Virus record (IMG/VR): IMGVR_UViG_3300033148_006239
Span: 32,001-96,000 of that record
Strand: one strand, 5' to 3'
Source of the DNA: a virus
Length of the DNA stretch: 64,000 nucleotides
In this document: positions 38,701 through 48,978 of the stretch, piece by piece
Position numbering within the stretch: the stretch's first letter is position 1
Layout of the letters: each line of letters starts with the position of its first letter
Notes under the pieces: generated by a model
What the model was told of the DNA's origin: nothing
Databases searched by the model: none
The model's input: only the letters and a program-made list of their open reading frames with translations
Made by a program: the position numbers and the translations under genes

Positions 38701-38948
38701 GCAGACATTCTATATTGAGGTAAATTTTCTTTAAAGCTTCTTCGCATAATTTGAAGATCAGTTCCAAGCTCTCCTCTTAATGCTTCAAAGCTTACTTCAC
38801 TGGCTATGTTACCCCAAGCTTCTTCCCACTCTTTTATTCTTGCCGCTGCTTCAGGATCTAATTCAGGAATAGAATATTCAATTACATATCCACCCTTTGA
38901 ATCGTAATCGATAAATTCATAAATACTTTTAGGTTTAAATCGGCTCAT
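35718..38948 (-). CDS. Baseplate hub (gpD/gp27-like) with long C-terminal extension
   Basis: VVGNPQIK...WYIIEANHNIDNNGYETEI hub end motif at ~aa 560-605; sits between the LysM and spike genes. Confidence 0.75.
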   Translation of the reverse strand: MSRFKPKSIYEFIDYDSKGGYVIEYSIPELDPEAAARIKEWEEAWGNIASEVSFEALRGELGTDLQIMRRSFKENLPQYRMSAYKSLPDNILERLRSVKLSDNEKMDKLTLMFDNSDLAMFKAPDFKDFQDIVMHGTVFRAKIGYDDLLSNWQHFKVLNFDGLREAIINAYELAPSKFVKVGMPVSFSERQAEFASMSLKEIVTEVARHIFRISSPRNDGSYNDDFLDDHIDIEELVELDGQPVRPITLDYDSQMTVLCFLQNLADNYGYQVWLEDESVTDNQHYILYFKPRDFLRQSTWKFNYEVDIDPEQAVRSKFAALDGSSVDVVYGGPILKSDAPSSDTRDKLIYTKAEEIDPVTGKVVTTRFRYSDPYYTQTGEESFMIRHLQDIHGAGNKGSLGEAFIDLNFVYYERKSDEGNSIPLGRLDEKTQQEVNKLFRFSDAFVQVVSSIRFPTERELDTIGKTHQVDLIAQISDLDEDVYDKEWQFLGDFQKSLRLKAASFRQQAYLLEKSAHIDFLTETSEKSDRIITDNGKELWGRLFGKRFRELSSTMSLRFTVVGNPQIKSRQVCELIGTGAYDTKWYIIEANHNIDNNGYETEILCISNSTLFDGKNLRPEAHPAGLITAGLIKKIKEWKKVSDEFDVEDQIVTDCKTARESFIKKAEGLWLYIEHLSTVNKAEFSVAGAQEFRRIKELLLEKRQEYFDIIARFNRQCGERYHLKIILPCASVESEFTEEELNLIANDFPVETYKELYEYNTTSVATIKKIFYEDLFCNDFRTTSYSHVVKQPGDTQASSQVEDHQFDCGKIFEESLAQATQEDYIKGQYDWNRQIWIGGAPTATELANGIGWLEPEARDRTAHITRRAGITQNAQDAFFQIFKDTLEAHVHNHLIVEDRNLEVIGVDNLTDNDIKRYVSCYITGLVLATRGKHNNKADSLTRGPFSSINFFAQHIVACGQSAGNAPTGVTQLGQSQRETTASMNFGAAKEYFRQVYNADKGIAFKFTDFFPNDDVIKIQSDQETFDKIFVNVLKRGNERNIALEYERLLAEDVVAGNLSGNRIRDIVIRSVDGGESH

Positions 38949-39223
38949 TATTTGTTAATTTCATCTAAAATCGCTTTTTTAGGAATTGCTAATTTTTGAC
39001 CTACTTCTAGTTCTAAAAATGGATCTAATATTTGATTACATGCTAAAATAACCCAATATTTTGATGTATCATTAAGATATCTTTCAGATAATGCTTCAAT
39101 TTTATCACCCTGCTTACATACGTGTACTCTATAACCTGTTAATTTTAGTAATTCTATAAAATTATAATTTCTAAGTTGTGTGGCTTTTATAAATTTTACA
39201 TATCTTGAATTTTCTTGTATCAT
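38948..39223 (-). CDS. LysM/gpX-like baseplate protein
   Basis: HVCKQGDKIEALSERYL...WVILACNQILDP..LEVGQKLAIP. Confidence 0.9.
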   Translation of the reverse strand: MIQENSRYVKFIKATQLRNYNFIELLKLTGYRVHVCKQGDKIEALSERYLNDTSKYWVILACNQILDPFLELEVGQKLAIPKKAILDEINK

Positions 39224-39936
39224 CTATTGACATATTCTCCTTTAGGTATAAGCTTATCTTTTTCTCTACCTGTAGGTATGGGTGTTATCAAATCATTAGA
39301 ATTATAAGGAAATTGTGAAAATCTACGACTAAATTTAGGATTCCATCTAATCATTCTTAATGATATTTCAGCTAATTCTAATTGTAATTTTGGTGTAAAC
39401 CAACCTTTTGTTGCTCTAAACTCTAAAACTTGTCCTTTAAAAGTAGAATCACCAAATAAAAATGTTACATTTGGAGGACTTTTAAGAAATCCTTCTCTTT
39501 TTGCAGCTCTAGGTTGTGTTAATTTTCTTATTTGTTCTAAATATAATCCTGGACTATTTGGCATATAAATATTTAATTCATTTAAATCATCTTCTGACAA
39601 TGTAACACCTGCAAATGCACCAAACGATATTGAATTAACAATACTCGGTTGATCTAAAAGAATGTTGTCTTGTAATAATTCATCAATTCTGAATTTCTCT
39701 ACTATTATTGAAAAACTTAAATAAAAACCACTACCAGATATATATTGTACCCATGGATCAGCATATCCAGGAATAGGCTTTATTGAATAATTTGGATTAT
39801 CTTCTTCTTCTATTGTCAATGGATTAAATATAAATGGGATAAAAACAAATCCCCTCCCAGTCTCTCCTATTTCATCAATCAATAAACCACCCTTTGTTAA
39901 TTGATAATCACCTGAATATACATCTTGGAAACCCAT
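39220..39936 (-). CDS. Tail tube initiator (contractile-system tube-like protein)
   Basis: FNP...PWVQYISG...PPNVTFLFG; follows the tape measure. Confidence 0.75.
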   Translation of the reverse strand: MGFQDVYSGDYQLTKGGLLIDEIGETGRGFVFIPFIFNPLTIEEEDNPNYSIKPIPGYADPWVQYISGSGFYLSFSIIVEKFRIDELLQDNILLDQPSIVNSISFGAFAGVTLSEDDLNELNIYMPNSPGLYLEQIRKLTQPRAAKREGFLKSPPNVTFLFGDSTFKGQVLEFRATKGWFTPKLQLELAEISLRMIRWNPKFSRRFSQFPYNSNDLITPIPTGREKDKLIPKGEYVNR

Positions 39937-42900
39937 TATGATGTTCCTTGATCCATTGCATCAACTTCACAGTACCAATTTTGAAATTGTTTATCGACTA
40001 TTTTAGATCTTTGTATTCTTGTTCTTCTTTCTCCGCATTCTTCATCTTTTATACTTAAATTGAGATTAAATTGCTGTTTAGCTTGAGGTGCTTGGCGTTC
40101 TCTTCTTACTCTTTCTCTTGTGGCTCTTTCAATAGTTTCATCAACAGATTTCTTTTCTTTTTCATCTTCTACTTCTTTCTTTTCTGTTAATTGTGTTATT
40201 GAGCTTTCGTCTAATTTTACATCAGGTGTTTCTACTGCTGCCGTCGCTAAGACCTCTGCTAATCTTTCAGTACCAAGTACATTTGTTCTTGTAAATGCCT
40301 CAGGACTACCAAAAAATTTACTTAATCCACCAAAAATTCCACTTTCTGTTGTTTCTTCGACTGAACCTGGTACACCAAGTAATTTACCCATATTAAAGGC
40401 GCCTTCAGTCATACCTCGGTCACCTATAGGTAATCCATCAGGACCAAGTTTAGGTCCAGCAGGACCACCTATATTTTCAAGATCACTCATGAAATTTTCT
40501 AAACCTGATAAAAAATCACCTTGTACATCACTAGTACCTTCACCACGTACTTTACGCCGTTTGTCAAGATCAATAATTGTATCAGTAAGGATTTTTAAAG
40601 GCTCTGTACCACTAACTGCACCCGCAAGTGATCCTGCTTCTTTTGCTCCTTCTCTAGGATCTTTTCCTGGCATTATGTTAAAAAATGATGCAGCATCCAT
40701 TAATGGTTTTATTGCACCTTTAATAAATGCAAAAATTACTTTTACAACAGTTGTTGCAACCTTAAGGCCTTGTACAATCTTAAGAAAAACCCATTTTATT
40801 CCTTCTCCTATTTTTCCAATCATATCCATTGTACTCATACCTTTTCCACCAAGATCACCAAATATTTCCGACGCCAATTCGGCAAAAAAGTTAACAGTTT
40901 CAGTAATTATCGTAATAACAATTTTTACCATTTCTATAATTACTGATATAACTCCACTAACAATAGGAACAACAACTTTTATTATTCCTGATACAAATTT
41001 CATAATACCAGACAAAATAGGTTTTATCGTATTAAAAATTGATGCCGCAAACGATCCAATAGTTTGAATTAGTCCAAATATAACGGGAACTAACTCATAA
41101 ATTAAATTACCAACAACTGTAAAAATTTCTTTTAAAAAATTAAAAATATCTTCAAGAATAGGCCATAAAGTATCAATTAAAGTACCTATAATACCTGTAA
41201 TTATAGGTATTAACTTTTCAAACGTGGCAATTATTTTTTGAATAACAGGTACTATAATTTCCACTATCTTAGATATTATTGAAAATGAAAAAGCTAATAC
41301 TTTTAATATGGTACTTTTTATTCCTTCAGCTATACTTTTAACAACACTACCAATTTGAATAACCAATGGCCTAAGCTTAATAAAAACAGAATTTATAAGT
41401 TTAGTTATACCAAACACAATTGTTTCAAATATTTGAATAATTGGTTTAATTATATCATACAAACCTGCTATACCACCAGCAACACCAGCACCAAAAGCTT
41501 TACCTTGTGATATACCTGCTTCTACTGCTCCAGTATTTCCGGCTAATCCTGCAAAAGCTCCTGAAATTACTTCTACGATTCTTTGAAAACCACCAAATAT
41601 TAACTTAAAAAACCCTTTAATTCCTTCCCATGCTCGTTTTGCTTCGGGAGATTCAGTAAAACCTTTCCAAAAATCTACTACTAATGTTTTTATATCTCTT
41701 ATTTTAGTTTTTACTTTAGTAATAAAATTAAATAACGGAGCTTCATTTATTTGTGGTTGTATTGTTCGTAATGCTGCAACATCACCAGTTTTCATATAAT
41801 GTTGTTGCAATTTATATAATTCAACAGCGTCACGCATATTAGCAACAAAATTTCTTGTATAATCAATGCCATCTTTTGTTTCAGCTTTATATACTGCAAA
41901 TGCTCTTTCCCAATTACCTATTTCTTCTCCTTGATCGGCTAAACCTCTATGAAATTGCATTCTTTCTTCTTCTGGTATCTTTAAAAAATCTCTAAACTCA
42001 ACAGCGCTTTGCTCAACAGAATTACTCATAGCGCCCCAATAATCAACTTTAATAGGTTTAAATACTGACGCTAATCTATCTTGAAATCGATTTGCCTTTC
42101 CAATAACTTTGTCAGTAAATGAATCTGTCTCATCTATTACTTTTCCATATTGATCTTTGACTTCACCAAAAATAAATTTAAATGAATCACCAATTGTTTT
42201 TTTAATTGAAACGAATGCGTTTCCTAATGATAAGAATGCACTTAATACAGGCTTTAATGATTCAATCGTATTTACACCTAATATTTTTACATTTGTTTTA
42301 AATTGATTTAATTGAAAATCAAAACCTGTTCTCATTTTTTCAAATGCATCATTGGTAACTGTACCAATTTCAGATCCCATACCCATTATAGGATGATACA
42401 TTTGTTTAATCATTGAAGCAGCAGCAGTACCAACATCTTCAACACTTTCGGCCATTTCAGCGGTTGTACCTGACCACATTGATCTAATTTTTTCTTCAGA
42501 AACACCCCAATCTTGAACTAAATTATTTAATGTTTCTTCATTACCTTTTCCTACGTCTTTTAATGCATTATATACTTGACCCAAACCTCTTCTTGCGAAT
42601 TGATCAATTTCATCTTCACCAACTCCCATTTGTGTTCCAATATTTTTCATCCAAACATTAAATGCTTTATCTGACTCAAGTTTTTTAGCAAATTTATCTG
42701 AATCTAATCCCAATTGTCTAAAACCAGCTGAGAATGTACCAAATGCTCTCATAGCATTTTTCTGTTGAAAAATTTGTTCAGGTGATAAACCTTTCATTCT
42801 CATAGCTTTTTCAGCATTTAATAAAGAAGGTATTAATCCACCTTGTACTTCAAATGCAGTCATCCCTGTTGAAATACCAATTTCTTCCATTTTCTTTTTA

Positions 42901-44588
42901 TATGTAGATGCTGGTTTTATAAATGACATTAACATTGCATTAGCTTCCATAAAAGCCATTCTTGTCGAACGACCTTCAGACGTTAAACCAGCAACAGATC
43001 CCATCATTTCTTCCATTGATAGTCCTGCCATTTTTGCAGTAGGAGCTAATTTAAATACATTTTTCGATAATGCTTCAACAGAAGTAACACCAAAATTAAA
43101 TGTTGCAAATAAAGTATCAGATATTTTTTTCATTGCTTCAACATCTGTATACGCAACACCATAAGTATTGGCTAAAGTAATAATACCTTCAGCAGCTTTT
43201 TCTGTAGTAGTTCCACTAGCTGATGCTAATTTCGCAGCTAATCCAACAGTATCTTCTAATGCAGCAGCAGAAACACCAGCACCTAGCGCTTTTGTAAACG
43301 CATTGGCAGTTTGAACTAGTTCTTGACCATATTCAGAAGCAACATTTTGAATGCTTGCTTTTACTCCATCTAATCCACCCAATAACTCAGCTTTATGTTC
43401 ATTTAATAATGTCATTGCTTCTCTAGCGGCTTTATCAAATTCTCTATATGCTTCCATTGAACCTTGTAAACCTGCTATAAGTGCACCACCAACACCACCC
43501 ATAAGCATTGTAAGGCCACCAATTTGACCTCTAAAATAAGTAAAGAAACCTGAACTTTTCTTTCTCATTCTTGTAAAATCTGGCATAAATCCACCACGTC
43601 CACTACGAGCCGTTGATCGATTTACTTGGTCTAAAGAGCGTGATACTCCAGGACCTATTTTTTCAATTTTTTCAAAGTATTCTATTAACTTTTTAAGTTG
43701 ATCTAAAGAATGTTTCTTAATTTTAATTTTTGCTAATTTTTGTACTGCTTTTGCTATTTTACGTATTCCCTTCGGATCAATTTTTGCTTGAGTAAACTTA
43801 GTTATACTATTCATAAATCTAATGATAGATTTAATATTACCTATATGCTTTTTACTAACTCTTATTTTTGCTAAAGTTTTGACAGCTTTTTTTAATTTTT
43901 TGATATTGCTCATATCAGGAACTTTTATATTAGCTATTTTAACTATATTATGTATATAGAGTCCAATAGTTTCAAGGCTTTTAGCTCTTTTTTTCGATAC
44001 TTTTAATTTGATTAATTTTTTTAATGCTTTAATAATACCATCTATATCTGGCATTCTAAGAAGATGCATATACCTAAATTTTTCAAGTAAATGTATCGCA
44101 GATTGAAATTTTCTATGTAAATTACTTGGAATTTTTAATCTTGTCAATTCATTTAGTGAGTTTACAGCATTTTTTATCTGTATTGAAGTGTCTTTGACAC
44201 GAACACCAGATAATCTCATTAATGAATCAGCAAATGCCGTAATTCTAGGGGCGTGGGTTTTTGGAAATTCATTTTGTGATAATTTTTCAATTGCTTTTGA
44301 AAAATCTTGTAAATTTTTAATTGATTTAGACTTAAATTGAAATTGTTCATTTAAATGCGTTATAATTTTTCCAATATATTCAATTTTTCTATTAAGCCCA
44401 GATCCTTTAATTGTCAACGCAAATTTATTAAACGCATCACTTAAATAATATATATCTTTTGATAAATCTTTATCTAATTTAATACTAGAAAGTCTAGTCA
44501 AACTATTATTTATTTTATCAAGATCTTGTACTAATTTAGTCGCACCTTGGCTTTTGAAATCAAAGCCAAAGTTCATCATATTCAACAT
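39936..44588 (-). CDS. Tape measure protein
   Basis: 1550 aa, helical, TP901-type core (FDKAARE...ISDTLFATFNFGVTSVEAL) and amphipathic repeats. Confidence 0.95.
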   Translation of the reverse strand: MLNMMNFGFDFKSQGATKLVQDLDKINNSLTRLSSIKLDKDLSKDIYYLSDAFNKFALTIKGSGLNRKIEYIGKIITHLNEQFQFKSKSIKNLQDFSKAIEKLSQNEFPKTHAPRITAFADSLMRLSGVRVKDTSIQIKNAVNSLNELTRLKIPSNLHRKFQSAIHLLEKFRYMHLLRMPDIDGIIKALKKLIKLKVSKKRAKSLETIGLYIHNIVKIANIKVPDMSNIKKLKKAVKTLAKIRVSKKHIGNIKSIIRFMNSITKFTQAKIDPKGIRKIAKAVQKLAKIKIKKHSLDQLKKLIEYFEKIEKIGPGVSRSLDQVNRSTARSGRGGFMPDFTRMRKKSSGFFTYFRGQIGGLTMLMGGVGGALIAGLQGSMEAYREFDKAAREAMTLLNEHKAELLGGLDGVKASIQNVASEYGQELVQTANAFTKALGAGVSAAALEDTVGLAAKLASASGTTTEKAAEGIITLANTYGVAYTDVEAMKKISDTLFATFNFGVTSVEALSKNVFKLAPTAKMAGLSMEEMMGSVAGLTSEGRSTRMAFMEANAMLMSFIKPASTYKKKMEEIGISTGMTAFEVQGGLIPSLLNAEKAMRMKGLSPEQIFQQKNAMRAFGTFSAGFRQLGLDSDKFAKKLESDKAFNVWMKNIGTQMGVGEDEIDQFARRGLGQVYNALKDVGKGNEETLNNLVQDWGVSEEKIRSMWSGTTAEMAESVEDVGTAAASMIKQMYHPIMGMGSEIGTVTNDAFEKMRTGFDFQLNQFKTNVKILGVNTIESLKPVLSAFLSLGNAFVSIKKTIGDSFKFIFGEVKDQYGKVIDETDSFTDKVIGKANRFQDRLASVFKPIKVDYWGAMSNSVEQSAVEFRDFLKIPEEERMQFHRGLADQGEEIGNWERAFAVYKAETKDGIDYTRNFVANMRDAVELYKLQQHYMKTGDVAALRTIQPQINEAPLFNFITKVKTKIRDIKTLVVDFWKGFTESPEAKRAWEGIKGFFKLIFGGFQRIVEVISGAFAGLAGNTGAVEAGISQGKAFGAGVAGGIAGLYDIIKPIIQIFETIVFGITKLINSVFIKLRPLVIQIGSVVKSIAEGIKSTILKVLAFSFSIISKIVEIIVPVIQKIIATFEKLIPIITGIIGTLIDTLWPILEDIFNFLKEIFTVVGNLIYELVPVIFGLIQTIGSFAASIFNTIKPILSGIMKFVSGIIKVVVPIVSGVISVIIEMVKIVITIITETVNFFAELASEIFGDLGGKGMSTMDMIGKIGEGIKWVFLKIVQGLKVATTVVKVIFAFIKGAIKPLMDAASFFNIMPGKDPREGAKEAGSLAGAVSGTEPLKILTDTIIDLDKRRKVRGEGTSDVQGDFLSGLENFMSDLENIGGPAGPKLGPDGLPIGDRGMTEGAFNMGKLLGVPGSVEETTESGIFGGLSKFFGSPEAFTRTNVLGTERLAEVLATAAVETPDVKLDESSITQLTEKKEVEDEKEKKSVDETIERATRERVRRERQAPQAKQQFNLNLSIKDEECGERRTRIQRSKIVDKQFQNWYCEVDAMDQGTS

Positions 44589-44593
44589 ATCAA

Positions 44594-44764
44594 TTATCCT
44601 TTAGGATTGGAACTTTCAATTTCTCTGTTAATAGATTCAACATGTTTGTTATAGCAATCGCAATAAAATAAAAATAAATCTAAAGGCATGTTCAAAACTT
44701 TCTCCCAACTAAATCCATAACCAGAACTATTTCGTATAAAACATAAATGGTCCATATAATGCAT
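44594..44764 (-). CDS. Tail assembly chaperone second segment (gpT-like), not in track
   Basis: Open -1 frame MHYMDHLCFIRNSSGYGFSWEKVLNMPLDLF...KG*. Reachable by slippage at T TTT TTC or by TAATG coupling. Confidence 0.75.
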   Translation of the reverse strand: MHYMDHLCFIRNSSGYGFSWEKVLNMPLDLFLFYCDCYNKHVESINREIESSNPKG

Positions 44765-45669
44765 TATGTAGTCAGTCGAGAGCCCCGGGAGAAAAAAGAT
44801 TTACTCATGAATGGAATTGTTGTACTTTCAGTTTCTTTAGAAAACATTTTTGAATTACATAATGGACAATTTTCATCAATGTCTGTTTCAATTCCACCAT
44901 CTATATGCTGATGAATTTCTATAATATCTTGCATATCTGCAAACGACATTTTAATAAAAAATTCATCATCTGGTTTTTTATATTTTGCTTTTCTCCAATC
45001 TTTCACTTTATCTTTTTCTTTTCCAATAATACCTACTGTTCTTATTTTTATCATTTCTGATAATTTTTTATTTGCTTTTTCAGGATATTTTTGAACTTTT
45101 TGTAGTTCTTCTGAATCTGTTCCTCTTAGTAATCGTAATACGATAGTTTCTTTTTCGTCAAGTAAATCAACTATATATCTACCCGATGCTTTATCAACTG
45201 CAAATGCTTTCTTACCATCACATTTCAAACCTTTTTTTTCAAAAACTATCGTTTTTAATGCTTGAGGGTTTGGTATTGGATCACCATTTTCATTTTTGAT
45301 TGTGTTTTCACCTAAAATTACAGTATGAGATATTCCTTTCCCTAAAGGATTCTCTTCACTTCGTTTACCGTAATCACACTTTCTAGATGAGCATTCTTTT
45401 TCAAAATGAAATTGCTTTCCAAATGTAATAATTCGTTTGCTAACCATACTGGCAAAATTATCACAATCAAATTGTTTTCTCCACTTATACTCTAACTTAG
45501 AATCTTCACCTACTTTAAAATGAATACCAGAATTTAACATATTATATAGTTGTGTTTCTGGTGAATCTTCATCTGAAAATATTTCATTAGCATCACCAAC
45601 ATCCATACTTTCAACAATGACTTCGTCATCTGAAGGTAAAATAAAAGTTGAACTGTTTTTCTCAGCCAT
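44764..45669 (-). CDS. Tail assembly chaperone (T4 gp26-like Zn-binding)
   Basis: Between tube and tape measure; ILPS, C-x4-C and CPLC motifs; ends in FF. Confidence 0.75.
   Translation of the reverse strand: MAEKNSSTFILPSDDEVIVESMDVGDANEIFSDEDSPETQLYNMLNSGIHFKVGEDSKLEYKWRKQFDCDNFASMVSKRIITFGKQFHFEKECSSRKCDYGKRSEENPLGKGISHTVILGENTIKNENGDPIPNPQALKTIVFEKKGLKCDGKKAFAVDKASGRYIVDLLDEKETIVLRLLRGTDSEELQKVQKYPEKANKKLSEMIKIRTVGIIGKEKDKVKDWRKAKYKKPDDEFFIKMSFADMQDIIEIHQHIDGGIETDIDENCPLCNSKMFSKETESTTIPFMSKSFFSRGSRLTT
44791..44797 (-). other. Programmed -1 frameshift slippery site T TTT TTC
   Basis: X XXY YYZ heptamer in frame at ...KSFF, followed by GC-rich TCCCGGGGCTC; the -1 frame is open to 44594. 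Confidence 0.7.
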
Positions 45670-45703
45670 AATTTGCTCCTAAAATTTTTTATATTTTTAT
45701 AAT

Positions 45704-45732
45704 CCAAGAGTACCCATAATGGGTACTCTTGG
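45704..45732. terminator. Perfect 12-bp hairpin after the tail tube gene
   Basis: CCAAGAGTACCC-ATAAT-GGGTACTCTTGG; no clear U-tract. Confidence 0.55.
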
Positions 45733-45754
45733 TATTAATTAAAGACAAAATTAA

Positions 45755-46276
45755 TTAAACAACAGCAGCCGCTGCTTGAACTGGTACTGATTTATACCGT
45801 TCACATGCAAGTTCAAGTTCTTGAATTTGAATTTCACCTGCATCTGCTTTACCTTCCCAAGGTTTAAATCTAACAGGTGTAGCACCAGTAACTCGATAAG
45901 CTTTTAATGGATTTCTATCATCACCTGTTCCCTCTTGATCATTGAAAATATCAATCATTATATTGATCTTAGTTCCAGATTCATACCAATTTTCAAGACT
46001 ATCAAGAGTAGCTTGAGTACTAGGAGTATAAGCAAAACCACGTCTTAAAGTAATATTATTATATTTTCTTTTATCACCTCTAATATGTGGTTCAGACGAG
46101 CCAGATTCCCAATATTCAGTTACATCACGAGTAAATTCAATTCCTGTTAATTCACAGAATGTTATTCTTCCAATAAAATCATTAAAATTAATATCAACAG
46201 GATAAACAGTAAAATACTGCCCTGTTAAAAAAGCATAATTACCATTATTAATTGGTTTAGGTAATGTATAACTCAT
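45755..46276 (-). CDS. Tail tube protein (T4 gp19-like)
   Basis: EYWESG...KYNNITLRRG...W...ELELACE. Confidence 0.93.
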   Translation of the reverse strand: MSYTLPKPINNGNYAFLTGQYFTVYPVDINFNDFIGRITFCELTGIEFTRDVTEYWESGSSEPHIRGDKRKYNNITLRRGFAYTPSTQATLDSLENWYESGTKINIMIDIFNDQEGTGDDRNPLKAYRVTGATPVRFKPWEGKADAGEIQIQELELACERYKSVPVQAAAAVV

Positions 46277-46286
46277 CTTATCCTCC

Positions 46287-48083
46287 TTATTGACCTATAC
46301 TTTTTTGTACTCTGTAATGAGCTCTTAAAATTGGTGTTTGTACAGACAAATATATGTCAACAAACAATTCTTCGGGATCTTTAATAAATCCATCTTCAGT
46401 TCTTGGATTATTTGCAGGACCACATACGACATTTCTTCTTTGTGCTGGACTTTCACCAAATAACGCACCACCAGGTAGAGTATCAATAAATGTTTCAACA
46501 AGATCTCTTACTTGTCTTTCAATGGTATTATCATGATTTAACATATTAACCCATTGCAAAGAAAAATCTACAGATGCGCCAACATATTGAAATGTTCGTA
46601 TTTGATTTATATGTGGAAATTGGAGATTTCTTCCTTTGGCTCTTGTAAAAGCACTTTCAATAAGAAAAGCTCCATTCTTTTCATAAATTGAATTAATTTT
46701 TGCTATTTTCAATTTAGTACGAATATCTGGATTTTGAGTTAGAACTTTAAGTTCTCCATTTTTAAGAACAGGTTCAAGCGCAAAAACAGCAGGAAGAGTA
46801 CCATAAGTGACATTTGCACTGTTATTCCAAGGTCCTGAATCTGTTCCTTTATCAGTAATTCCCCACCGACCAATAACAAATAAAGAATTTTTCAAAGTCA
46901 GAAAAATACCTTCATTTTCAGGATCTTCAAGAATTAAATTAGGATATTGATAACTTGACCATTCAGAATTAACTTTAACAGTTAAATCAAGCCAATCAAT
47001 AATATCATCATCGTCAGATTCAAGTGAAAAATCACCAACAAAATTATGAATAATTTTATCTTCAGCATATGCTATAGCAGCAACCTGTACTGCACCATCA
47101 ATTAATTCAGGTACACAGATATTAACAGGAAGTTTTCCATGACCATAAAGATCTAAAGCAAAGAATCCTGTTTTTGCTGTAACATCACCGATATAATCAC
47201 CCGCAACAACAGCATCACCTTCTAATCCTCCTACTAAAGAACGGGTTCCATCTGTAGGGGTTCGAAGTTCAAGATCAGCAGCTCCTGTAGGTAGTGGTAA
47301 AACATTATACAAATGATTAGAATCTCTTGGTATAATATTAGCAATAAAATCAAAAATATTTTCAGGTTCTAAAGAAAGATTTTCATATTTTCGATCTTGT
47401 AAAGCATCTTGAAAGAAAACTTCTAAATCAAAATTAAGTGTTTTAACTACCTGTCCTATCGCAATAGGACCAGCAAATCCTGTAACAGCAGGTGTAAAAG
47501 TTAATGTATCTCCAATTTTTTTTGTCACTTTTGCATAATGATTTTCTGTAGTATCTGTCATGTGAATAATTTCACCCACATTGATTTGATCAGAAACTTC
47601 AACTGTTACAGTTGTAGCTGCATTATCAATAGCTGTAGTATTTGATGTTACAAGTTTATTTACTTTTGTCGTTTTATAAGAGATATCATTGCCTGGAGTA
47701 CCATGATATCTACCTTCTACAGTAAGTACATTAGTAGCCACACCATTATCAACAGTATGTGATGCTTTTTCAGATGTTATTGTTGCCTTATCGGTAGGAT
47801 CAGTATAGTGAATTACACGATTTACTACTACTTGTTCAAGCCCAAATCTTCTAAAAAGAATCAAAATTGATTTCCAAGCTTCTGTTCCACCTTTAAAAAT
47901 TTCTGCAAAATCTGATTCAGTTGTTACTTTTGTGGGTTCATTTACAGGACCCCAATCAAATTGTGCAAAACAACCTGGAACAGATAAATCTAATGCACCA
48001 ATAGAAAATATTTTATTTTTTATAAATTGTAATTCACTCCCAACATCTGTTGGATTAGTAAATTTTGATACTTCATTACCCAT
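46287..48083 (-). CDS. Contractile tail sheath protein
   Basis: WGPVNEPTKVT..F...F N-terminus; sheath C-domain; precedes the tube. Confidence 0.93.
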   Translation of the reverse strand: MGNEVSKFTNPTDVGSELQFIKNKIFSIGALDLSVPGCFAQFDWGPVNEPTKVTTESDFAEIFKGGTEAWKSILILFRRFGLEQVVVNRVIHYTDPTDKATITSEKASHTVDNGVATNVLTVEGRYHGTPGNDISYKTTKVNKLVTSNTTAIDNAATTVTVEVSDQINVGEIIHMTDTTENHYAKVTKKIGDTLTFTPAVTGFAGPIAIGQVVKTLNFDLEVFFQDALQDRKYENLSLEPENIFDFIANIIPRDSNHLYNVLPLPTGAADLELRTPTDGTRSLVGGLEGDAVVAGDYIGDVTAKTGFFALDLYGHGKLPVNICVPELIDGAVQVAAIAYAEDKIIHNFVGDFSLESDDDDIIDWLDLTVKVNSEWSSYQYPNLILEDPENEGIFLTLKNSLFVIGRWGITDKGTDSGPWNNSANVTYGTLPAVFALEPVLKNGELKVLTQNPDIRTKLKIAKINSIYEKNGAFLIESAFTRAKGRNLQFPHINQIRTFQYVGASVDFSLQWVNMLNHDNTIERQVRDLVETFIDTLPGGALFGESPAQRRNVVCGPANNPRTEDGFIKDPEELFVDIYLSVQTPILRAHYRVQKSIGQ

Positions 48084-48112
48084 TTTATCCTCCTATAAAG
48101 TTAATGAGTTCT

Positions 48113-48373
48113 TCATTGCTTTTTTGATTTCTTTTTTCCAGTATCTTCAGAGTTATCAGTATTGTTAGTATCACTGTCTTTGCTCTTTTTAGTTTTAACT
48201 ACTTCAATGATTTTTTTATTATTGATACATTTTTTAACTTTCTTATCATTTGTAATTGAATCTGGTAAATTATCAATAAAACCCAATGGTGTAAAATGTA
48301 AAATTGACATTCCATTAGCTTCTTTCTGAAGTGGAATGTCAATTTTCTTAGTTGTTTTATTAACTAATTTCAT
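48113..48373 (-). CDS. Small neck-region protein
   Basis: Coupled ORF before the sheath. Confidence 0.65.
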   Translation of the reverse strand: MKLVNKTTKKIDIPLQKEANGMSILHFTPLGFIDNLPDSITNDKKVKKCINNKKIIEVVKTKKSKDSDTNNTDNSEDTGKKKSKKQ

Positions 48374-48978
48374 TCTAATACTCCTTTCGTATGTGTTGTA
48401 GGATTAAAATTATAAATTCTTTTAGATTCAAATGACATATTATCATTTAATGTAAATACACGTTCAACAACAAATGAACCTCTTGCCGTTATCGTTTCTG
48501 AAAAATTTCTAATATTTTCAGGTGAAAGATCAGAGATTTTTTTAAGCCGAAACGTATGCTCAACGGGTTCAAAATATAATTGCTCGCTTTCTTTTAAAAA
48601 ATCAATATATTGTTTTTGAATTCTCAGTAAATCATAAAGATTTTCAGCAAGATAAACTAAATCATAAGTTAGATCAAATGATCCAATCTTATTATATGTT
48701 TTTGTTTTAATTTGACCTGCTTCATCGGCTCCTATATTAAAAGTTAAATGATCATAAGTACGCCAAGCTTCTGTAATATAAGGACCTAAAGCAATTATAT
48801 GACCCGAATGTATATCTTGACTTAACTCAATTGCATCAGCAGTTATATATGAAAATATTTGTGTATCAAATCTCGTAGCAATCTTTTGAAGTAAAAAATT
48901 GTGGATATTTACAAAAATATCATCAATAAACTCTTTGGTAATTTCCTTAGTAATGAGATCCGTATCTATATCAGACAT
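48370..48978 (-). CDS. Tail terminator-like protein
   Basis: Position; FDLTYDL strand pattern. Confidence 0.6.
   Translation of the reverse strand: MSDIDTDLITKEITKEFIDDIFVNIHNFLLQKIATRFDTQIFSYITADAIELSQDIHSGHIIALGPYITEAWRTYDHLTFNIGADEAGQIKTKTYNKIGSFDLTYDLVYLAENLYDLLRIQKQYIDFLKESEQLYFEPVEHTFRLKKISDLSPENIRNFSETITARGSFVVERVFTLNDNMSFESKRIYNFNPTTHTKGVLE

Noticed and set aside
40120-41067. 315-aa plus-strand ORF
   Set aside because: Antisense shadow of the tape measure gene. The other plus-strand ORFs in the track are rejected for the same reason.
28219-48083. Extracellular contractile injection system or tailocin
   Set aside because: Capsid, portal, terminase and replication genes are contiguous with it, so this is a complete phage tail.
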